DNA of 61,000 nucleotides, the filler included, from Hausera hauseri (lineage: Eukaryota): the NCBI GenBank assembly GCA_046269625.1. It is 8 parts of 8 records of this genome, joined end to end, with 100 filler letters (N's around TTAATTAATTAA, not from the genome) between each part and the next. Parts side by side here need not be neighbours in the genome. Positions count along the whole stretch, not along the records: positions 34,429 to 40,999 come from JBJURY010085880.1; positions 41,100 to 45,382 come from JBJURY010658997.1; positions 45,483 to 55,967 come from JBJURY010178861.1; 5 more parts are not named here. The stretch is one strand, 5' to 3'. The position numbers and the translations under genes were made by a program. The notes under the pieces are model-generated. The model ran no database searches and was not told where the DNA came from. It worked only from the letters and a program-made list of their open reading frames with translations. Numbering within the stretch: position 1 is the stretch's first letter; the number at the start of each line of letters is the position of its first letter. Positions 37,801 through 48,101 of this stretch are shown here, piece after piece.

Positions 37801-39800
37801 AGCGGGTATGTATCCATTATGGTCAGTGTTCAACTTGCGATAATCGCCACATGGTCTAAAAGTTCCATCCTTTTGCACGGCATGCAATGGCGACGACCAT
37901 GGGGATTTGGAGCGATGTACAATGCCGGAGCGTTCGAGGTCTAGAAATTCGGCTTCAACGGCCTGTCTACGACGATGAGACGATGGACGCACTTTCTGGC
38001 AGATAAGTCTCTGATGTTGTGTTATAATGTGGTGAAAAGTGGTATTTTCTTGTATAAAGGACCAGTCTTTTTGAATAATTCTAGAACAAGATACCTTGAT
38101 GAATTTCTGAAGACTTTCATGTAATTGTGAAAAGTTTGGTGGGAGCGAGGTTTTACCAGGAACTGTGGTATCAGTAACAGTAGCAATTTGGGCGTTATTC
38201 GGTGATGTAAAATGAAGTGGTATACGATGCAGGATTGTAGTATTGAAGATGGTATTGTAGCTGTTTGTTTTATCTAATGATTTGGCAGTATTAACGGAAT
38301 CACGCTCATCACCGTGCAAACTCCAATCGTCAGTAATAGTGTTCTTTAGTAATTTATAAAACAAGATACCATGATTGTAAGAAAAAGGTTTGTTCAACGG
38401 TTTTTTTAATATCGGCTTTCGAGTAGCATTCACCCGTACGACAGCCGAAATGGTATCGGCGTGATCGATTACCTCCTTATTGCAACCACTTGTTAAGCAA
38501 CGTTGTTTGCAGTCGACAAGATTATAGTGCGAAAGAAAGTCGGATCCTAAAATGACGTTTGCAATGGTAAATGTCCAGTGAAACATTGAAGTAAATGTCG
38601 GAAGGGTAAAAGAAAGCCTGCATGTACCGGAAACGTGTTGCGGTTGTCCTGAAGCGGTAAATAGAGGTTTATATTTGGATGAAGTATGTTGAGTTGGAAA
38701 GGTGAGCGGCAGTAACGAAATCGCTGCACCTGAATCGATAAGGAAGTCTGTGTTGGGGCGTCGGGGCTGTGGTAGAGGCTTGTAATGTGAACACTGCAAA
38801 AGAAATCTTTCGGCTATTAGATAGTGAAGAATTGCCTTCGTCAATGCTTGCCGAAAGCTCTGGCAGCGAAGTTAGTTTTTTGAAAGAGGAGAACCAGGGT
38901 GGCTGTTAGAGGCAAAGGTTGCGTGTCCGTCATTTGCACGATAGGGTTTGCTCTCAAAAGTGCAACCTGAAATGCATCTGCGTGCATTATGTCTGAATTT
39001 TGCAAGATATATACAAATGACGTTGTCTGTACGATATTTCTGGGTATAAAATTTGCACCTTAGGTGGCATTTTTGTGCTTTATTATCAAACCTACCGTGA
39101 TAATAGCAAATCTATAAACGTCCGGATGAAGGTGACCGACCATGTGATGCAGGACGGTTACGGTCAGTGACGAGACCTTCGTTGTCAGAGAAATTTCATT
39201 TAATCTATTATTAATATTATTAATTGTTGTTTCTAAAGTCGTATTTTTAGCCCGTAGTTGGTTTAATTGATGTTCGAATGCTGTATTATTGATGCTAACG
39301 GCTGCAGAAATGATTGGCTGTGCATGTAGGTTCAGGACTTTATGTTTTATCTGCTAGTTCGGCCAATTTGTCAAGAGTTGTCGATGCTTCGGCGACGATA
39401 AGTAATGCTCTGATCTGGATGGGCAATGTGTTTAGGAAGTAGCGTCGTAAGAGGTCGGCATTATGTTGTTTAGTAACGCCGAGAGTTTGCAGTTGAGCAA
39501 GAGAGGTTCTGAGGAAATTAGATGGTTTCTGCGTTCCCATGGCATTGTCATTAAAAAATCGGTGGATAATGGAATCCATAGATGGTTCCGTAAGTTTAGT
39601 ACTGCGTTGTAGAAGTGTTTTTATGGATCAAATTGTTGGAATATATCTAACAGATCATGAATAGATGTTTTTACTGCAGTCGGTAAGAGATAAAGTAAGC
39701 TATGGGCTTTGGCTGATGGATCAGTAATGTTGTTATACTGCAGTCAAAGTTTGTGAAAGTTAAGCCAGGTTTTGCTGGACTTTTTATGGTCAATAAAGTA
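34890..39800 (-). mobile_element. Degraded Ty3/Gypsy LTR retrotransposon (gag, PR, RT, RH, IN, probable 3' LTR)
   Basis: gag MGTQKPSNFLR..LDKLAELAD; FLIDSGA; SKSPWSSPLH, RPCGDYRKLN, IDLSKAYHQIP, MPFGL, HIDD; ETRYSTFDRELLAI, TDHKPL; VHIDLVGPLP, QPRYLGPYK. A purine tract followed by TG lies near 35207-35217. Confidence 0.92.
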
Positions 39801-41099
39801 TTCTGTGTACTGAGAAGTGTGTTTGGGTGAAAGTAGATGGTGTGGTGAGGGTTGATAATTTTTGGTGAAAAGTGAAAGGTGACGGTTTAGAGTTAATTTT
39901 GTCAATATTGTCAATGGTGGGCGAAGAATTCAGGCCACCACGAATACGAATGTGTATGTGAATAATGACATAACAGGATGAAGGAACAAAAAGGTTGCGG
40001 AAATTGACATTAATTACAGGTAGGTTGTTGTAAGTGAGGTAAAAATCAGAAAAATTAGCAAAGTGTAGCACATAATTGTGCAAGTAATGTGTCTATAAAA
40101 TATGTTGTATCGAGTGTGTAAAAATGGCAATTATTTAGAAAGAATAAAAAGGAAAGTGTCGGTGTTGGACGTAGTGGTTGACGTGGTAACGTAACATACC
40201 GTGACGTAGGACCTACGGATGTTGGACAGACGGTCGGGCAGTCGGTCGTACTGTGATGTACCCGAAACTCAACATCTTTGTTGCGCGTACTGTGGAGAAT
40301 CTCTGTCAACGAATCTGCATAATCTCTAATATTTGAATCACTTTTATGGGTCGGAACAATATCGAATAATGTAAGATATATTTTTTCTCATAAAGTGAGA
40401 AATTGCCATATGGCCTGCTGTCTTTATGTCACTTTGTCTTAAATCAAGTGTGATTAACTGTAATGTAGCAGCAAGGTAGTCAGTAATTGCTATACCGCTT
40501 TTGCATGTTGGTTTGCAACATGGCAAACACGGCCTCAGTAACGAACGATTAGTCAGAAAACCTGCACGAAGTGAATGGACAGTATCGCTAGAAATCAGGT
40601 GGTTGTCAATATTGAGGAACGGTAAACGCTGAGTGACTTGTAGTGTGTTGGCCAACGCTAGAATTCCATTTAAAGGTTTGAAGTTGCACAGGGTGCTGAG
40701 ACTAATCAAACCATTTCCTGGCCTTTCATTTTCGGTTCCATCGTGTGGGTTTATAAGCTTATCACAAATACCATCGGCGATATGGCCTGACCCGACATTC
40801 TACAGGGAAATATGTTTGACATTCAACAACTCCAAATGGCGAATGCATTGAGCAAAGAACCTAATTGGATACCGGTGGACCGAAACATACGAAGAAGTGT
40901 CAAATATAAATCGCACAAATAAAGATTGATTATCAGGGCTGATAAAAGTATTATTTGGTTATATAAACAAAAATCGGAAGTCTCTAAGTAAATGGGTCTN
41001 NNNNNNNNNNNNNNNNNNNNNNNNNNNNNNNNNNNNNNNNNNNTTAATTAATTAANNNNNNNNNNNNNNNNNNNNNNNNNNNNNNNNNNNNNNNNNNNN

Positions 41100-41525
41100 G
41101 CATATGGGAAAGTTGCTTTTGATAAGTTTGTTTGTCCAATTTTTGTAAGCATTCTATTAACTCGTTGCTGCTTTCCAGATGAGCTGCAGTCTTTTAGGAG
41201 GGACTTCAAGAAATATTCCAAGAGCCAAGAGATTTTTGTGTTTGATGAATTGATGTTTGATACAATTGGTCATACTCTGATGTCTGGTGTATTTTTATGA
41301 GTTCTAATCAGACAATGAAATTTAGCAAAGTTTGGTTGTTGTGGAGGATGACTTAATTGGTTTTGGTAGTTTATTGGAGTTGCATATTTCGGTCCATTAT
41401 TTATTGATTTTAGATTCCAATGTGTTGGACTTGATGTTAGTCACTTTTCGTAAACACATTTGTTGTTAAGATGATGGTTGGTTGCTTCTATATATTTATG
41501 ATTTTCAATTATGCAAGTAAACCTA
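41100..41525 (-). mobile_element. Penelope-like RT N-terminal fragment
   Basis: Translation QPNFAKFHCLIRTHKNTPDIRV*PIVSNINSSNTKISWLLEYFLK matches the F..LPK.HK....RPIVS motif of PLE RTs. Confidence 0.7.
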
Positions 41526-42717
41526 GCTTAAATACAAAAATTGATTCTTTCGACATAATCCAATTTGTATTTTAGTTAACTATTCCATAAATTTTCAGAA
41601 ATTTTTTCTTAAAAATTAAATCGGTTCTCTTAAAATTTTTAAATTTAAATAACATTTTATCTAGAATATTTAACTCTAAATTTGTTTAAAAATTCAAAGT
41701 CTAGACCAGAAGAAGGTTGAAATATTGGCAACGAAACACTAGCAGCTGTATTGTCATCGAAATATAAACTTTTCCTTTTGAAAAATGGAAATTTTACTAT
41801 AAGGTTGCCATTTGCTGAGTTGAGTGACTTGAATAACACTTCACATCAAAGGAAAAAGAATGCGATTATGTTTTGATTGGTCGTAAAAGTTGGAAAGTAT
41901 GGTTTTAGTACTCCTCAATAAAGTATATAATATTCACAAGTAGTATTGATTATATTTCACAATGCAAAAGAATGCAAAATTTACATAACTTTTCAATTTC
42001 ATAACTTCCAAAATCCTTTTGGTTGTTATTAAAATAAGATTTTCGTACCATCTGATATTTCTGTCCATTATTCTTTCTAATAGGCTTGGCAAGCATCGGC
42101 TGTTGATGAAAGAATAATAATTACTTTATATTTCTTAGAAATTTGACCATTAACCTGTTAAGCATGACGTATATATACACAACTAAGCATTGAATTTTTG
42201 GCCATGTGGTACTGCTATTTTATGCAAATTTATATTAAGTTTATTTGCCCTGTTTGACGTATATATACGTTATCGCCAATTTTAATTACACATCCAGAAA
42301 TAAATTTTTGAAAACAAATTACTCTCTTAACTAGTTAAGAAATAGTTTTTCTTTTAGTGACAGCAAAAACAACAGTAAGGTATTTTCAATCAGCTTTCTC
42401 CAAATAAGATTGATTCAAGAATTGTCCTTTCAGTAATTTTTATTTCAGAATTTATATATGTAAAGCTAAGAGAATTATTTTCAAACATATTAAATCACGT
42501 ATGAATATTTACGGAATATTTTGTATTTCAAAAAATTGAGTAATTACTGCAATATATATTTGCCGTCATTTGCGTTGTACAATATAGTATAACAGTGCGC
42601 TATAATTATCTTTGCTACACAGAGTAATAAACGATAGTAATACACTGATCAAAGAAAGCAAAACTCATAAAGGACACTAATTTATTTCCAAAAACATATT
42701 GAAAATTTGCAAATGGA

Positions 42718-42987
42718 CGTTATTTGTTACGTTGATTTCAAATATGTAAATTATTTCATGCTCTTATCCAGAATTTTCCTACCTATTGATAATAAATTTG
42801 TATTAGCAATGCAGTGTGTGTGTTCATGAAATATTACATTTGACATTGTACTCATTCATCAAATGTAACAACAGTTTTGGGATACATAGAATTGCTTATA
42901 GAAGTTTACTGTCAATAGTTAAGAAAATTCTGGATAAGAGCAAAAATAATTTATACACGTATTTGATATCAGCGTAACAAATAAACG
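42718..42987. mobile_element. Foldback/MITE-like inverted repeat (~90-bp arms)
   Basis: cgttatttgttacgttgat..gctcttatccagaattttc..agcaat is the reverse complement of attgct..gaaaattctggataagagc..atcagcgtaacaaataaacg. Confidence 0.75.
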
Positions 42988-43472
42988 AAATAAACGAAAC
43001 AAATGCAACGTTTTAACATTTACTGTACAATTAGGACATTCTAAATTTTTATTGTAGCATTAATGTCTTCAGTATTTTTGCGAACAATGATGATGGAAAC
43101 GAATAATTACTTGCTTGTGTGTTATGTTTACCGCACTTACCTTAGTTTGTTTTTTTGTGATGCATGAAAAGACGATATATTACATTTAACTTGAATAATC
43201 GATTGAGTATATTGTGTATCTAAAATGAATATGACATCGCAAATATTTCTGTTATTTGAAACAATAACATTACATTCTAGATATTTTTCATTTAATAAAT
43301 AAGAAAAGTTCACAAAAATTCCAATTAACATAACTTATACTACAACCCCATATAACCCACTGTTATGTAATAGCATTGGCGGCTGAAGTGAACTCATATC
43401 ATACTAAAGTATGCATATTAAATAGTTTTTATAACAGAAAATATAAGTATTAAACAAAAAGAAAATTATCAA

Positions 43473-43898
43473 TCATACTTTGTTATTTTGCAAGACAACA
43501 GTACAGAACCGTTTTTCATCGCCAGCAATCAAAAGACTTCCTTCTTCAAACCCGGTACTTTTTACTCGTACTTTAATAACAAAAGTGTAAGCATCAGCAT
43601 TTTCGTACGAATAATCCTCTACAAAAAATACTCGAAAAGATTTCCAACAAAACTGTCTACCGGTTTTCAGTTTGATAAGCTGATCCGGTGAATCAACGGA
43701 AGAATACGAATCAAGTAGTTGTCCACCTCGATTCACAAACTCCAATACTCTAGGACACTTTTGCAAATGCCTTGGAACGACATCTTGGTTGAACTTCACA
43801 GTTCTCTTGTTGACTTGGAATAGATCGATACAACCCGCGAAATGATAAAGACTCAAATCCTTGTTGTTCTTAAATAATATAATATTGGAACGAAACAA
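43473..43898 (-). CDS. Hypothetical 141-aa protein divergent from the ZnF ORF, possibly Maverick/Polinton cargo
   Basis: Intronless ORF with less AT bias than its flanks and a globular-looking composition. No motif recognised. Confidence 0.3.
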   Translation of the reverse strand: MFRSNIILFKNNKDLSLYHFAGCIDLFQVNKRTVKFNQDVVPRHLQKCPRVLEFVNRGGQLLDSYSSVDSPDQLIKLKTGRQFCWKSFRVFFVEDYSYENADAYTFVIKVRVKSTGFEEGSLLIAGDEKRFCTVVLQNNKV

Positions 43899-44315
43899 AA
43901 TAGGTCAAAGGTAGAAGTATCGAGCAGCCTTGGTTGTCGTTAACGATTGGTCTTTGTCATGCGTGTTTTCCTCGTGGTTGCTGATACGTGTCACTGACAA
44001 TGGTCACGAGACAAAAAAGGTCAAAGGTATAAGTCATCGGTTACGTGTGCAAACGTGCCGGGTACAAAAACGCCGACTCGGCTTTGTCTGAAAACGCTGT
44101 TGCTTACGAAACAAGTTACAAACAAGTTGTACATTCAAGGTTAGTGAAAAGTTAGTGTTGTTAAGAATGTATAGTTGTAAAAGAATTAGTGAATATTTAC
44201 TGTTAAGGAAAAAAAAGATGTTATGGTTTACTGTTTATATTCAACAATGTTAGTGAAAAGTTACTGTTGTTAAGAACATATCTTTAGTGTTAATGGTTCT
44301 TTTTATATTCCACAG

Positions 44316-45382
44316 ATGCCTTCGCAGAAACACAGCTGTGATGAATGCGACAAAAGTTTCACACGAGCTACAACTATGCGTCATCATAAAGAAACTGTCC
44401 ACGTTCAACCTGGTTGTGATGTAAGTTGATTATCAATATTAAAAGTTTAGACAATTATGGTGTATTTAACTGTAACTTTTTTTCCACATTTGATATGTTT
44501 TAGTGACTTGTATACTATGCTGATAGGTTATTAATTAAATGCTTGTTTTATATTCCACAGAGACAAAGACATGAATGTACTGTGTGCAACCGTGTCTTCA
44601 CGAGTCTTGATAATCTTCGGTGACATTCTAAAACAAAGCATAGGCGACATCCCGTTGGTTGTGAGATTTGCGGTCGTCTGTACGGGCGAAGCGACACCTT
44701 GAAAGCACAAAGGAAAAAAGAGCATGCATCCAACGAGCGTCCCTCAGAAGAGAACATCACTAGTTCAGCTGCTGGAGTCCAATCGAACTTAGTTGATGAG
44801 ATGTCTACTGAGCCTAAAAAAAAACGTAAACCAGATCAAAGTCCTACAAGCTTTGCCGGGTCTAAACTAGATGACGGTGAAAAAACGATTGATTCTAACC
44901 ACCAGCAAGTTACTGATTCTAAGAAACAGAAAGTTACTGATTCTGAGCAACAGAAAGTTACTGATTCTAAGCAACAGCAAGATTGTAAGCAACAGAAAGT
45001 TACAGACTATGATACATTAGCTGATTTACATGATGATCTGAAAAACATGTATACCGAAAACTGGGACTCAATAAAAACGCACAGTAACGTTGGCAAGTAC
45101 ATCTCTACTTTCACATATTTCCATAGACCAGATACAGCTCACCGATTGGATTGGAGTGGTCTTTTAGACAATATTTTCAAGAATCAAACAAACTGGTTCA
45201 AGCTCAACTACAGCCATCACTTTATACTCAGACACCACGATACCCAACACACTGCCAGCCCCGAGCCACGGTACCACCACAGTCCCTTACTGCACATAAC
45301 TAAAGAATTACGACATCAAGATGCTGACGTCATCAAAAAGAATGGTGGTATATACATCATCTACTACAAAGACATAACATTA
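44316..45382 (+). pseudogene. C2H2 zinc-finger protein with a probable Maverick/Polinton PolB-associated N-terminal region; one in-frame stop, truncated by the spacer
   Basis: Exon 44316-44419 reads CDECDKSF..H...H. A GT-AG intron runs to 44560, then CTVC..LR*H...H and CEIC... fingers, 21-bp repeats (QKVTDSK), and YTENWDSIKT...IFKNQTNWFKLNYSHHFILR. Confidence 0.6.
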
Positions 45383-45482
45383 NNNNNNNNNNNNNNNNNN
45401 NNNNNNNNNNNNNNNNNNNNNNNNNNTTAATTAATTAANNNNNNNNNNNNNNNNNNNNNNNNNNNNNNNNNNNNNNNNNNNN

Positions 45483-46247
45483 TGGCGATCCCTGGCCAGT
45501 TACCTAGAAAAAAAAATGCCGAAAAAGCAGTTAACGCCTAAAATAGGCAATACAAAATTAAGCCTACCAGGAATTCTACGTTAACTTTTCTTTTTGAAGC
45601 AAATTAACCCTGATCATTGAATTTTATATCATCAAAATTTTATTCTCCATAACTGCTAGGGGACTTCTAAAAGGATTTTATCTTTATTTTTAAAATATCT
45701 TATTCATATATTTATAAATATTTATGAAATAACGAAATTTTACTAATCCTAAATTCAAGCAATTATACTTAAGTTATGGAGAATCTATCTAGTTTGAACC
45801 AATAATTCTTGATGAAAAAACAATTTGATTATTATGGTTACTCACGATGATGATCGTTCGGATGACTACCGTATTTTCTTTGTATTGGAAGTTTTTTTTT
45901 TTAAATTCATAAATATTCCTTCATTAACCATGAGCCATCATTATTCACGTTATTTACATATCAATTAATAATAATTATTTTAATTAAAATTTTTTTAATC
46001 AACATAAAAAAAGAAAAAAAGAGATTTAGCAACATATCAAGGATACTTATAATAAATATAATAAATATAATAATAAATAATATTTATAAATGAACATAAT
46101 AAAATAATAATAAATAACAATTATAAACCTTCTCTTAGAATTCTTATGTTCGACCAAAGAGACCATCAATACTTTATCCAAGGCCAGTCGTGTTTTTGAG
46201 AGCGGAGGTGGAGACATATAATTGTCTGACCCAGGCTGACCATCACA
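45483..46247 (-). repeat. 3' LTR of the intact Gypsy element (truncated by the spacer)
   Basis: Begins TGTGATGG at 46247, directly after the PPT. 45483-45955 closely matches 55493-55967. Confidence 0.9.
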
Positions 46248-46260
46248 CTCCTCCCCACCC
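46248..46260 (-). promoter_or_regulatory. Polypurine tract
   Basis: Minus-strand GGGTGGGGAGGAG immediately before the LTR TG. Confidence 0.85.
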
Positions 46261-46344
46261 GTCGTAACCCGACGGAAAAGGTCTCCATGCACAGCAAGCC
46301 GAGTCGGAACAATTCTACCTATTTACAAAAAACAACAAAAAAAA

Positions 46345-48042
46345 CTACTGTCTCCACATCTCCCAAAGGTACTGGTCGATTTCGCCAGGTGCGGGGGCAT
46401 AATTGAAAGCTGCCATATAACCCCTTACTTGGGCCGCCGCGAGATCCATTTCTCTGTGGATGTTCGCACGGATCATGGCGGATGCCATACCGGGAGGTGG
46501 TAAGCGTGGCATCCCCCTTAAAGGTGGCATCCCATGAGGAACCGGTGATAGTTGGGGACCACGGATCATTCCCCTACGCCATGGGTATGTTGAAAACCCC
46601 GGAGACCCACTATCAACTTCCATCCTCCGTGGGTTCCAATAAGGGCGTACCGCTCGAGATCCCGGTCCTCTCACGTTGGGACGACCCCTTTGATTCCTTT
46701 CTCGCCCCATCGGCTGCATAGGCGAAGCTGAAGTCGGCGGAACACAGTCCAGTCCCAGACGAGATTGCAACGATGAAGGGCGAGCCCCGGCAAATCGGAC
46801 CCTTTGTGTCGCTCTGCCCCGCAAAGCGGGTGACGTGCTATTCACCCCCAGTCGGTCCTGAAGAGATGAGGGGCGAGGACCACTAGGCCGAGCAGTTGGA
46901 GCAGCTTCGGCCGATGAGACAGGAGTCTCACAGGACATCCCCAGTCTCTCGTGTACCTTACGACCCTGACCCGATGTTGGAAGTTTCCCAGTGGCCACTA
47001 CCGGACGAGGAATCTTCTTGGTTCCCCTCCGTGTAATCTTCCCCTTGGTTCTGGAGAGGGAAGCCCCACTTGACGGAATGTTCACACCCGATGGTCCGGG
47101 GAGTGAAACATCCGCCTCCGGTTCGTCGATTGGGGCTGTGGCACTGGTACTAGCCGATGTCGACGACTCCGACTTCGGACTAGCTTTAGCACTAGGGTAT
47201 ATTATCCTAGATTTGATTGGTGCTTTGGTCTTGGGTATCACAGGCTTTGGTTTGACCCCACGGGTTTTGTTCTTAAAACCAGTGGGGGAGTCGGACAAAC
47301 GTCTCCTTAAATAAAGCCAGAAAGAACGGCAGGTTCTTCCGGTCGGATGTACTCCGTCCGATAGATAACCTCCCTCGCCTATGGTTTGACAACCACCGGC
47401 GAGGAAGCCATCCATCCGATGACGTTGAGGACGGAGTCTCCCAATAACCTGTGCGCCCAACAACTTTTCATATTCGCTTATAGACCCCGTAAACAGTTCT
47501 GACTGTGGGTCTATAATTTCTAGGTATCTCTTGATTGTTGCTAAGTAGAGCTTTGATGGTTCAAATGCCGGGTCCTCACGATATTTTCGTCTTATTGACT
47601 CCGGTGCATCTCTAACCATAAGCTCGTTCTTATACACTAAGTCAAGAGGTGGAGGTAGAAAAAGGAAAACCTTAGCTTGCGGAGCTATTAATTTGACTCT
47701 TGACTTAAAGGTGTAATAATGATGGATGAAGGTGTCAAGATGAAAGTCAGGATTGGGAATTATGGCGAAATAACTTCGTTTGTCATCGGGGCCGCTAAGG
47801 TTGAATTTCTTGAAGGCTTCCGTGATTAGCGTGAATAACACTACATGAGTAGTGTCTTCAGCCAAATCCCCCGGGAGGTAAGTAATAAGTTGCGTCAAGC
47901 GAGCTCCCGGGTAAGAAGCAAACTCAACTTTGGCCTCCGGAATTCCCAAATCCTTAACATTGAATGTTTTCTCAAGGGTTGTTACCCAAGAGTGTCCCAC
48001 AATCAAAAGCTGGAACAGATAATAATAATAGAAATCAGGCAT
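46345..48042 (-). CDS. ORF3: SGNH/GDSL-hydrolase-like domain plus long basic, disordered R/G/P-rich tail
   Basis: LLIVGHSW (block I), SYPGARL (block II), HVVLF, KVFLFLPPP, YLSDGVHPT (block V). The C-terminal ~300 aa are low-complexity with SSLQ.RLG repeats. No TM segment. Confidence 0.75.
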   Translation of the reverse strand: MPDFYYYYLFQLLIVGHSWVTTLEKTFNVKDLGIPEAKVEFASYPGARLTQLITYLPGDLAEDTTHVVLFTLITEAFKKFNLSGPDDKRSYFAIIPNPDFHLDTFIHHYYTFKSRVKLIAPQAKVFLFLPPPLDLVYKNELMVRDAPESIRRKYREDPAFEPSKLYLATIKRYLEIIDPQSELFTGSISEYEKLLGAQVIGRLRPQRHRMDGFLAGGCQTIGEGGYLSDGVHPTGRTCRSFWLYLRRRLSDSPTGFKNKTRGVKPKPVIPKTKAPIKSRIIYPSAKASPKSESSTSASTSATAPIDEPEADVSLPGPSGVNIPSSGASLSRTKGKITRRGTKKIPRPVVATGKLPTSGQGRKVHERLGMSCETPVSSAEAAPTARPSGPRPSSLQDRLGVNSTSPALRGRATQRVRFAGARPSSLQSRLGLDCVPPTSASPMQPMGRERNQRGRPNVRGPGSRAVRPYWNPRRMEVDSGSPGFSTYPWRRGMIRGPQLSPVPHGMPPLRGMPRLPPPGMASAMIRANIHREMDLAAAQVRGYMAAFNYAPAPGEIDQYLWEMWRQ

Positions 48043-48101
48043 GGTTTCTTAAGACATTCATCTTGACTATTTCACTATAATTCAATTTCCTTTGTTCCCA
48101 G

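Noticed and set aside
42150-42275. piggyBac-like terminus (ttaacctgttaa, gacgtatatatacgt twice)
   Set aside because: No matching opposite TIR or transposase was found in the contig.
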